This document shows positions 17,330 through 25,010 of a stretch of DNA of 32,000 nt, piece by piece. Below the pieces are notes generated by a model, which saw only the letters and a program-made list of their open reading frames with translations, did no database searches and was not told the origin of the DNA. Position numbers and translations under genes: made by a program. Origin of the DNA: Nitrososphaera viennensis EN76 (GTDB taxonomy: Archaea > Thermoproteota > Nitrososphaeria > Nitrososphaerales > Nitrososphaeraceae); NCBI RefSeq assembly GCF_000698785.1, contig NZ_CP007536.1, positions 540,001 through 572,000 of the forward strand. Reading direction: 5' to 3'. Numbering within the stretch: position 1 is the first letter of the stretch; each line of letters opens with the position of its first letter.

Positions 17330-20092
17330 TTAGACCACAGCGGATCTTCTTAGGTCAGTAATTCCTTGTTTAAATTGGACTAACCCTAATTCGAAGTTTT
17401 TCTTTTTATCTTCAAAGGCAGTTTGGATCTGACTCCAAATGTTGTCATTTTCAATTTTCATGACTCCGGCCGAAAATTCTTCTGCCCGCGTTTTGTAATT
17501 GCTTATCTGTAAATACTCCAATACTTTTTCAAATGGTTCTCCATAGCTTTGACGATTTGGACTCTTGTAAGCATCCTTGAAGTATTGCACGATATTTTCA
17601 TTGTACAGAGCCTCAATCGTGCCTAGCGATGCTGAAGAAAGGTTTTCAAGCTGGGGTATTAGTGTTGAAGTCAATGCATTGTCTAATGATAATTTTGCAT
17701 CCTTTGTAATCCTAAGTGCTACCAGCATGTTCTGATAGATTAGCTGCAAAACGGCTGTTCCAAGTTTCTTAAAAACACGAACCAAATCCAGAAAATAGTA
17801 TGCTTGGAGTATACGATTGTAGAATTCTGCATTTGATCTTCCGGGGAGTACCTTCTTGCCGATATCATCGAGCAGAATAAAGTCTTCATAATCTTTTAAC
17901 CGCAACTCGGAAATTGCATTTTTCATGGCATAGTAGACCTCTTTTTCATAGTCTTCTTTCCTTGGTATATCTATCTCGATGTAAGCAAATCTGCTTTTTA
18001 GTGCATCTGATAATTGGAATAGGAAATGCTTGTCTGCAGTATTTAGCGTTCCAATTATTCTGTAGTCTTGTGGAATTCGTAGTTCTTTATAGGATGTATC
18101 TGTCTCGTTTGTTGGTATCTTGAGCAATCTTGTCCTAAGCGCCGTGAATAGCTGGCCGAATGCTTTATCGATATCTGCCCTGTTGAACTCATCGATTACA
18201 AGCCATGTTCCTCTATACTGCGGCCTTCTTGCCAGATGTACGCTAGGTATACGTAGACCACCATCTGTTCCGCGTTCCCAATTTCTTGCAACAGTCTCCG
18301 CTACACATCCATACTGAATGTCATATGCTACCCTCCCGTTTTCCATCTTTGGATATATTCCACCTATTACGTCCTGTGTATTCCAATCTGCAGTGGCAGT
18401 ATAGTATTCTGCATAGTATCCGCCAATCTTTTCCCAAAATAATTCAGGAATCAATTGGGCTAATCGAGTCTTTCCTGTTCCAATTGGGCCTGCAAGCAGC
18501 ACGTGTCTGCCACTTGCAAGGGCTGTCACTATTTCAATGACCTTTTCTTTGGGGACCAGGAGCGAGCTGCGAATTTTTTCGTAACCGTTTTCTATCTCCT
18601 CATACGTTGGAATGGATAGAGGGCTATCATCAAAAGTTTCAAGATGTGGAGTATCTTTTTCCTCTGAGGAGGATTCTGATTTTAGACAGTGGTATAAGAA
18701 CCTCCAAAAGGTTGTGTTGTCCCATCGCTGATTAAATTGACTATTAATTTCATCCTTGGCCTCAAGTAGTAACTCAGTATGTAATTCGTACTTTTCTCCG
18801 TTTGACAAGACACCATAATCCTTTCCATATTTGTCTTTAGCTTTTTCAATGTATTTCTTGCCAAGCTTAGTCGAGAATAGCTCCATGTCCTGCATACTGA
18901 ATACGGCCAGAGATCTGTCTGAATTGTAAAGGTAAATGATTTTCTTTGGAATTGCTTTTTCGCCACCGAAACCACTAATTTTCTCCCAAGGCGCATTGAC
19001 TTTTTCTAAAAGCGATTTGTTTCTATCTACAGCTATTTTGAGCAGATCCTTGAATAATTTCAGATTTTCTTCAGTGATTCCCCATACGCTAGCCTCGGCT
19101 CCGGTCTTTCCCACATTTTCAGCTATTTCACTCCAATAATAGTAAAAAGTGTCTTTGCTACCACGTTCATAAATATCACTTACTTGTAGCTCATCAATGA
19201 GATCAGGGTGTTGATGATAGGGATAGCGACTTAGGAATTTGTTAAGTGCCTCACGTGCTTTCTCGATCTTTTCATCATCATTACGAATACTCTGAAGGCA
19301 TGGTAGGATCTCTTTTGTAACCAACGAATCAGAATCCAATGATGGCGTTTCCTTTAACATCCAATAACCCGAACCTATTTCTTTTGGCTGAAATAGATCT
19401 CTTCCAGAGCCACGAGAATTAGCTTGCAAATAGTATCTGATTATGTTTTCATAATCCTTAGGTAGGATTTCGTTCTTGCTTCTTCTTATCTCTGCAAATA
19501 CCTTGTAGATATCGCTTAGGTGATAATACTTAGCTGCTCCTCCTAGTTTCATGTAGGTGTCGATAAGATCACTGATCCAAGTAGATTCTTCAGTATCAAC
19601 TAATCCCTGATTTGTTTCGTTCGTCTTTTCTTTTAAGTCACTAATTTGGTCCCATTTGTTTAGAAAATTTACCAAGGAATGTTCCTTCCCGGGAGCACGA
19701 TTTACTACTAGAGTATTATGTGAACCATTGCGTTCAATGATACTAAAATCCCATTGCAATTTACCTTGCTTGAAATTAGGCTCCACCTGACTGAAAAATG
19801 CCTCCAATGCGCTGCCGGGTATGACGAATGTGTGCTCAGGATTCTTTTCTAGCATTATAGCGTAATAGTGTCTAGGGCTTGAAACTAGCTTATTGTAATC
19901 ATCCCGCGATAAGTCATACCATCCTCTATTGTTTGGATGAATGATGGAATCATTGACATATACTACTGACTCGGATTGTAGATGCGGATCGGGTATTATC
20001 CTAAGCCATGATTTTCTTTCTGGACCGATTATTTTGATATTCTTGTATTTATTCTGGAGGTAATCTCTAAGAATTTCCGCGGCTGAGGGCAT
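17330..20092 (-). CDS. mcrB: McrB-family AAA+ GTPase with ~530-aa N-terminal and ~200-aa C-terminal uncharacterised regions
   Basis: 920 aa. Walker A is LLAGPIGTGKT (aa 531-542, nt 18467-18490 for GPIGTGKT). The Walker B/McrB signature is WLVIDEFNRADIDKAFGQLF (nt 18146-18202). IIGTLNTADK carries the NxxD motif (nt 18032-18043). A probable wHTH lies at aa ~175-247 (IIRYYLQANSRGSGRDLFQPKEIGSGYWMLK). Confidence 0.85.
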   Translation of the reverse strand: MPSAAEILRDYLQNKYKNIKIIGPERKSWLRIIPDPHLQSESVVYVNDSIIHPNNRGWYDLSRDDYNKLVSSPRHYYAIMLEKNPEHTFVIPGSALEAFFSQVEPNFKQGKLQWDFSIIERNGSHNTLVVNRAPGKEHSLVNFLNKWDQISDLKEKTNETNQGLVDTEESTWISDLIDTYMKLGGAAKYYHLSDIYKVFAEIRRSKNEILPKDYENIIRYYLQANSRGSGRDLFQPKEIGSGYWMLKETPSLDSDSLVTKEILPCLQSIRNDDEKIEKAREALNKFLSRYPYHQHPDLIDELQVSDIYERGSKDTFYYYWSEIAENVGKTGAEASVWGITEENLKLFKDLLKIAVDRNKSLLEKVNAPWEKISGFGGEKAIPKKIIYLYNSDRSLAVFSMQDMELFSTKLGKKYIEKAKDKYGKDYGVLSNGEKYELHTELLLEAKDEINSQFNQRWDNTTFWRFLYHCLKSESSSEEKDTPHLETFDDSPLSIPTYEEIENGYEKIRSSLLVPKEKVIEIVTALASGRHVLLAGPIGTGKTRLAQLIPELFWEKIGGYYAEYYTATADWNTQDVIGGIYPKMENGRVAYDIQYGCVAETVARNWERGTDGGLRIPSVHLARRPQYRGTWLVIDEFNRADIDKAFGQLFTALRTRLLKIPTNETDTSYKELRIPQDYRIIGTLNTADKHFLFQLSDALKSRFAYIEIDIPRKEDYEKEVYYAMKNAISELRLKDYEDFILLDDIGKKVLPGRSNAEFYNRILQAYYFLDLVRVFKKLGTAVLQLIYQNMLVALRITKDAKLSLDNALTSTLIPQLENLSSASLGTIEALYNENIVQYFKDAYKSPNRQSYGEPFEKVLEYLQISNYKTRAEEFSAGVMKIENDNIWSQIQTAFEDKKKNFELGLVQFKQGITDLRRSAVV

Positions 20093-20126
20093 TATAGCAG
20101 TGCTGAAAGGAGAAGGTATGTTATTA

Positions 20127-20140
20127 GCATTATGATATAT
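20127..20140 (-). promoter_or_regulatory. TATA-like box upstream of the McrBC-like operon
   Basis: The minus strand reads ATATATCATAATGC, 35-48 nt upstream of ATG 20092. It is flanked upstream by two TCAGTGT repeats. Confidence 0.3.
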
Positions 20141-20272
20141 CTCAGTGTCTTTTCAGTGTTTCCAGATGTAATGCTCACGAATAGCTTGGCTGAAAGAGCT
20201 TTCCACGATTCCATTCCTGAATTGAATTTAGTCAGCGAAGGAGGATGCTGTAGGGTTTGAGCCTGTGTACTG

Positions 20273-20322
20273 TTTGTTGCATATACTATTACTCCCGGTC
20301 TAACTGCAAATTGCTATGCAAC
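20273..20322. repeat. inverted heptamer pair GTTGCAT (20276-20282) / ATGCAAC (20316-20322) at the right island edge
   Basis: Read directly. TTTGTTGCAT (20273-20282) is the exact reverse complement of ATGCAACAAA (12892-12901) at the left edge. Confidence 0.45.
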
Positions 20323-20434
20323 GGAACCGAAAGATAATTAATTAGTTAGTTAGTTTGCGCCCGGAGTTTTGAACACCGCAAGCCCTGTCCAAGCCGCCAG
20401 AAAAATAACAGAAATAGAAACAAAAATTGATGAT

Positions 20435-20460
20435 GCCCTGCCCGTCTGTTAGAGCAGGGC
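20435..20460 (-). terminator. hairpin plus T-rich tract downstream of the SIMPL-domain gene
   Basis: GCCCTGC-12 nt-GCAGGGC is a 7-bp stem lying 9 nt past the stop (20469-20471). On the minus strand it is followed by AATTTTTGTTTCTATTTCTGTTATTTTT. Confidence 0.4.
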
Positions 20461-20468
20461 AAATGCTG

Positions 20469-21686
20469 CTACGTGTCGCCACCTTTGCCCAGTTCAAACT
20501 CGACTGTGACTGATTTCGATATCTCTCCGCTTATGTTCGGGTAATAGGGCTGGATTATGTGCACGCCCCTGTATGGGATCAAGCCGCCGTACGGATTTGG
20601 CGAGTCCGTGGCTGCCTCTATGCTCACGATTCCGTTTACCTGAAGCCCCAGCGACTGCGCCATCTCTTCTGCCCTGCTCTTTGCACTGTCAAACGCCTGC
20701 TTGCCAAGTTCCTTCCTGGCCTGGTCTATGGCGGCATCGGATGCTGACAGGTAGACGTTTTCGACGTTTGCGCCGCCCATCTTCTTGACTGCGGCGGTTA
20801 CCTTCTCTATGTCGGCGGCGTCCGTCCTGACGATTATCTGCGTGTACATGCTGTAGCCGGCATTCTGGTTTGAGCCGTAGAAGAACGGGTAGATGTTGAG
20901 GTTGTTCTGCCGTACCTGGTCTTCCGAGATTCCGGTTTCCCTCAGCACGGCCAGGAGGCTCCTGTACTTTTGCTCATACTCTGCTATCGACTTTGTCAGC
21001 ACATCCGGCTTTGTGTTCAGCGAGACGCCGACGGTTATCGGGTTGCGCTCCAAAGTCCGGGTCTGGTTTTCTGCGCCGTCACCGACCTCGACTGAAGTGC
21101 TGCCCGCCGCTGCGCTCTCGGCTTTTCTGAGTATTGCGGCCGAGTAGCTTGGGTCTATGTACACGCTTTCAAACCCAAAGCCGGCATCTGCGAGCTTGCT
21201 GACCAGCCCGGGCAGGCGGTCGATGTTTGTCTGGACGGCGACTGAAGCGTATACGTTAAACGTCACGTTGTTGGAGGCCGGCACGCCCGTGTTTGAGTAG
21301 TAAGGGTTCAGGGATTGCTGGCCGAAGGCTATTGTCGTCCTGTCGCCTGCAGCTTCCCTCACGGCCTGCGCTATTTGCTGCGTCCTTGCTTGGTGCTTGC
21401 TCAAGACGGAAGATAGTTCGCCGGGTTCTGTCTGCGCGTTTATTATTATGGTGGCCTGGTCCGGCGTGATTGTTGTTGATGCCTCCCCCGTCACCTTGAT
21501 GGTCGCAGGTTTTCCGCCAGACGGCAGCGCTGCGTAATCTTGGCTGTATGCTTTCTGGAAATCGTTTTTGAGCAACAGCGGGGTGCCTGCAACAAAAAAT
21601 GACGTGCTGGCTACCGCCGCCGACAAGACAACAGCTAACACGATAGCTATTGTCGGAAGCTTTTTTCTGGAAAAGTTATTCATCAA
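20469..21686 (-). CDS. SIMPL (DUF541) domain protein with N-terminal signal anchor
   Basis: 405 aa. The N-terminal TM is LPTIAIVLAVVLSAAVASTSFFVAG. IKVTGEASTTITPDQATIIINAQT and the C-terminal DQARKELGKQAFDSAKSRAEEMAQSLGLQVNGIVSIE match the SIMPL pattern. It is longer than usual, through either an insertion or a tandem domain. Confidence 0.6.
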   Translation of the reverse strand: MMNNFSRKKLPTIAIVLAVVLSAAVASTSFFVAGTPLLLKNDFQKAYSQDYAALPSGGKPATIKVTGEASTTITPDQATIIINAQTEPGELSSVLSKHQARTQQIAQAVREAAGDRTTIAFGQQSLNPYYSNTGVPASNNVTFNVYASVAVQTNIDRLPGLVSKLADAGFGFESVYIDPSYSAAILRKAESAAAGSTSVEVGDGAENQTRTLERNPITVGVSLNTKPDVLTKSIAEYEQKYRSLLAVLRETGISEDQVRQNNLNIYPFFYGSNQNAGYSMYTQIIVRTDAADIEKVTAAVKKMGGANVENVYLSASDAAIDQARKELGKQAFDSAKSRAEEMAQSLGLQVNGIVSIEAATDSPNPYGGLIPYRGVHIIQPYYPNISGEISKSVTVEFELGKGGDT

Positions 21687-21824
21687 AAGCCGGTTTTGCG
21701 CCGCGTTTATTTAAGAAATTATCCAAACGAAATAGACTTTGAAAAATCTGTTGTTTAACGGGGCAATAACCTGCTGACAAGATGATTATTGGCCGGTGCA
21801 CGGACAACATATACTCTGCTACTG

Positions 21825-23285
21825 CTACATGTAGCTGATGCTCTGCTTTTCCTTCCACAGCCCCAGGCGCTGGTGGAGCCACGGGTAAAAGTTGGCGTCG
21901 CCGTTTTCAAACTCTTTTTTGATTATCCGGATTATCTTCTTTGACACCTGCCCCGGCCGGCCGTAGATCTGCTTTTTATTTCGCAGCTGCATGCCAAGGC
22001 CCTCTCCCCTTTCGTGCGCCTCTCTTGCCATCATAGATATCCATGCGCGGTTGAGCGGCGGGACAAGGATGTTGCTCTTGGCGTCAAACACCGTCTCTGG
22101 CCTGTCAGTGTTCAGCCGGACAGTGAGCGACGTCACCTTTGGGAAATAGAGCAGCTCTTCCTGCATCGAGCCCGAGTCCGTCATCTCGGCCCAGCAGCGG
22201 CCGCTGTCAAGAAATTCTATCACGTGCGCGTACTCTTTCCACAGAGGCGTCATCAGGAATTTATCTTTGTGATCCTCTGCAAGGTCCTGCAGTTTCTTTT
22301 CAAGGCCGTACTGCTTTAGCGCAGAAACCGTCGCGTTGAGCATCACAAGGACGACCTTGCTGTCCGTGCGCTCAATGATGTCTACAAGACCGCCGATTAT
22401 GGACGTGAAACGGCGCTCTGTCAGGTTCTCCCGCCTGTGTATATCCATCCTTATCCACTCGCCCTTTTCAAGCTGCGGGTACGCGTCAAAGATGCTCTGG
22501 CTTGGGCGCTCCTTGCGCTTTTGGTGTATCGCGTCGACGACAGAGTTTCCCACCACGTGCACAAACTCTTCAGGGTACCCCTCCCTGACCAGGTGGTCCT
22601 TGTTGAGCTGCGTCGGCGCAAAAAAGAACTGCGTGCCGGCAGAGCATATCCAGGTGTCTATCTGCTCTGGAAACGGCTCTTCCCTTGCAAGGAACCACCT
22701 TCTGCCCTCAAACTGGCTGTGCACAAGGTCGCGTATTGTCTTTTTCGTCGGCTCTTTTGCCGGCGACAGGTGCTTCATCATCTCCGGCCCCATGGAGCGC
22801 AGGCCTGCCTCGTTCTGGCCCACCTTCTGGCCCATCCCAAACACCCACGCAAGCGGGGCGATGCCTGCCACGAGCGTGTCGCCGTGCACTATGGGAAGCA
22901 TCGACTCGTTATGGTGAAAGTTCTTGCGGCAGTACCGGCCAAAGTAGCCGAATTTCAGTATCAGTTCGCTTGCCTTTTCCATCAGGTCGCCCCGGATCTG
23001 CAAGTTGCAGCCTACAAAGTCGTTCAGGCTGAACTCGTGCATCCCAAAGCCGAGCACGTCGTCAAAGTGCTGTCCCGTGTTTATCACAAAGGAAGGCACG
23101 TTTTCCCTTGCGGCCTCCACCATCAATGGGGCCTGCTTGTAAAAGTCCGGCTTTGTTCCCGTCACGACGGCAAGTATCGGGCTTTTCTGCTTTTTCGCAT
23201 GCTCAAACACCGAGGACAGGCCCCCGGAAACCTTTATCGGGAGCAGGTCCCGCGACACGTCAAGCTCGACGCCTTTGTCTTTCAA
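21825..23285 (-). CDS. UDP-N-acetylglucosamine 2-epimerase-like protein (Epimerase_2 family); TTG start
   Basis: 486 aa. Motifs are ILAVVTGTKPDFYKQAPL, INTGQHFD, VHGDTLVAG and QNEAGLRS. The TTG start (23285..23283) overlaps the upstream TGA as TTGA. It is longer than typical family members. Confidence 0.7.
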   Translation of the reverse strand: MKDKGVELDVSRDLLPIKVSGGLSSVFEHAKKQKSPILAVVTGTKPDFYKQAPLMVEAARENVPSFVINTGQHFDDVLGFGMHEFSLNDFVGCNLQIRGDLMEKASELILKFGYFGRYCRKNFHHNESMLPIVHGDTLVAGIAPLAWVFGMGQKVGQNEAGLRSMGPEMMKHLSPAKEPTKKTIRDLVHSQFEGRRWFLAREEPFPEQIDTWICSAGTQFFFAPTQLNKDHLVREGYPEEFVHVVGNSVVDAIHQKRKERPSQSIFDAYPQLEKGEWIRMDIHRRENLTERRFTSIIGGLVDIIERTDSKVVLVMLNATVSALKQYGLEKKLQDLAEDHKDKFLMTPLWKEYAHVIEFLDSGRCWAEMTDSGSMQEELLYFPKVTSLTVRLNTDRPETVFDAKSNILVPPLNRAWISMMAREAHERGEGLGMQLRNKKQIYGRPGQVSKKIIRIIKKEFENGDANFYPWLHQRLGLWKEKQSISYM

Positions 23286-23728
23286 CGGAGATCATCCAGG
23301 TTGCCGGCAGACCGGCTCCTCTTTGACACGGCCGCCAGGTAGCCGCCGATTCCGGCCACGCCTGCTCCAGCGGCTATGAATATGTACGGCACTATGCTGA
23401 TTCCGCCCAGCATGTACCTTGAGGAGATCTGCGGAAGCATGCCCAGCGCGGCTATCATGCCAGCCAGCATTATCGCGCCGGCAGCCACAAGCAGCAGGCC
23501 CGCAGGCTTGTTGCCGGTCGTCCGGGACATGGCAAACACGACGCCGGCGAGTATGACTCCCGGCGCGGCCGATATAGAGACCTGCTGTATGAGCAGCCCC
23601 GCAGGGTCGATTATGCGGCTTGGGTTCTCCCCCTGGCTTATGAGAAAGTTGTAGAACGAAAGTAGAAGCGCCACAAACATAGCCGACAGCCCGACGGACG
23701 CCAGCGCGATCCAGGTCTCCAGCTTCAT
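23282..23728 (-). CDS. small integral membrane protein (4 TM)
   Basis: 148 aa with four hydrophobic segments. It is translationally coupled to the epimerase-like gene. Confidence 0.6.
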   Translation of the reverse strand: MKLETWIALASVGLSAMFVALLLSFYNFLISQGENPSRIIDPAGLLIQQVSISAAPGVILAGVVFAMSRTTGNKPAGLLLVAAGAIMLAGMIAALGMLPQISSRYMLGGISIVPYIFIAAGAGVAGIGGYLAAVSKRSRSAGNLDDLR

Positions 23729-23780
23729 ATACGGCGGTTTATTTTCAGAGGTTGGTAATTAAATGATTGGTTTTTAGCAG

Positions 23781-24824
23781 CTATGTGATGCCGACCAGGC
23801 CGGCAAGCTCCTTCCGGCACGCAGAGCCAAGGATTTCTGCTGCTTTTTCCGGCTTGACATTGTTGACATAGACGCCAAAGCCCCGCTCAAGGCCCGACCA
23901 CGTCGTTAATTGTGGATAGACTTCAATGTGCCAGTGGATCTGCCGGCTGTTCTTTTTCTCCGGCGACAGGTGGAAGACCATGTTGAACGGCGCGTCCTTC
24001 AACGCCTTTGACATGCCGCCCAGGGTCGCGCGCATCATAAGCGCAAGGTCGTTTATCTCCTTTTGCGTTATCTTTGAAAAGGACGTGATGTGCCTCTTTG
24101 GGTATATCCAGAACTCGTACGGGTACGTCGGCGCCCACGGGCAGAAGGCAAGGAAGCTGTCCGTGGCAAGTATCTGGCGCGGCCCGCTGGACTCGACTGA
24201 TATCATGTTGCACGCGGGGCAGCTGCCGTTTTCGTTCATGAACCTGTGCGAGCCTTCTGCTTCAAGCTCTATCGCAGGCGGGATTGATGAGAAGGTGACG
24301 ATGTTAAGGTGCGGGTGCGGCACCTGTGCGCCTGCGCCGGCCCCGCTGTTGACATATATCGAGACGTATGTCACGCTTTTTTGCGTGTACAGCCACCTGA
24401 CGCGGTCCTGGATGACGACAAGCACGTTGCCCCACTGCTCGACTGACATCTGCGGCAGGCTCTGCTTGTGGTCCGGCGTCGCAACGACCACCTGGTGGTA
24501 GCCGTAGGCCGGCTCGCTGTAGAGCGGCTTGTCGCTATAGCTTGCAGCGGCGGTTGTGGTGACTACAGGGTTCTTGCTTTCAAACACCCTGACCGACCAG
24601 TCGTCGATTATGCTGTCCTCGCTGTCAGAAAGGCGCTGGAGCATGCCGTCCTTTACGACAAGCGCAAGGAGCGCCGGCGAGGTCATTGACTCGTTGCCGG
24701 GGCAATAGGGGCACCGGTCGTACCTTTCATTCTGTTCTGCTGTCGCCGCAGCAGCAGAAGAAGAAGAAGAGTCCGGAACAAGGACAAACCTGTCCAGAAC
24801 GTAATCTTTGCGCAGCTCCCTCAT
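23781..24824 (-). CDS. galT: galactose-1-phosphate uridylyltransferase family (GalT/HIT-like) nucleotidyltransferase
   Basis: 347 aa. It has the zinc knuckle RCPYCPGNE, the active-site HxH motif VPHPHLNIV, and a second half-domain with IHWHIEVYP. Confidence 0.8.
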   Translation of the reverse strand: MRELRKDYVLDRFVLVPDSSSSSAAAATAEQNERYDRCPYCPGNESMTSPALLALVVKDGMLQRLSDSEDSIIDDWSVRVFESKNPVVTTTAAASYSDKPLYSEPAYGYHQVVVATPDHKQSLPQMSVEQWGNVLVVIQDRVRWLYTQKSVTYVSIYVNSGAGAGAQVPHPHLNIVTFSSIPPAIELEAEGSHRFMNENGSCPACNMISVESSGPRQILATDSFLAFCPWAPTYPYEFWIYPKRHITSFSKITQKEINDLALMMRATLGGMSKALKDAPFNMVFHLSPEKKNSRQIHWHIEVYPQLTTWSGLERGFGVYVNNVKPEKAAEILGSACRKELAGLVGIT

Positions 24825-24869
24825 GCCCGGAAAATGCTCCCCACACTTTTAATTAAAGGTTCTGCACCG

Positions 24870-25010
24870 CTAGTCGCCCAGCGCAAATTCAAGTGCCTTT
24901 GTGCAGCGTGCGCAAACGTATGTCCCGCGCTGCACTATCCCGAAATCTTCGGTCCTGGTGCCCGCGTCGTCCACGACTGTCTTGCCGCAGAACCTGCACA
25001 GCAGTTCCAA
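24870..25010 (-). CDS. candidate 46-aa zinc-ribbon protein; TTG start
   Basis: Below the track cutoff; hand translation gives (L)ELLCRFCGKTVVDDAGTRTEDFGIVQRGTYVCARCTKALEFALGD. It has CxxC...CxxC spacing. No in-frame ATG exists, only TTG at 25010..25008 or 25013..25011. It lies 45 nt upstream of galT on the same strand. Confidence 0.3.
   Translation of the reverse strand: MELLCRFCGKTVVDDAGTRTEDFGIVQRGTYVCARCTKALEFALGD

Larger units (their letters stand above)
12859..20355. mobile_element. integrated low-GC element (~7.5 kb) with a tyrosine integrase and McrBC-like cargo; boundaries approximate
   Basis: Composition shifts sharply. Sampled 60-nt lines inside give 35-45% GC (17341, 18961, 13561); sampled backbone lines give 55-68% (5101, 10441, 22801). 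An integrase sits at the left edge. Clustered ATGCAAC/GTTGCAT heptamers occur at both edges. Codon usage is AT-rich (AAA/AAT/ATT), unlike the flanks. Confidence 0.65.

Noticed and set aside
20108-20136. Shine-Dalgarno-like AAGGAGAAGGTATG followed by a 5-codon plus-strand mini-ORF (MLLAL)
   Set aside because: It is too short and lies inside the upstream region of the minus-strand operon. It is most likely a coincidental purine run.
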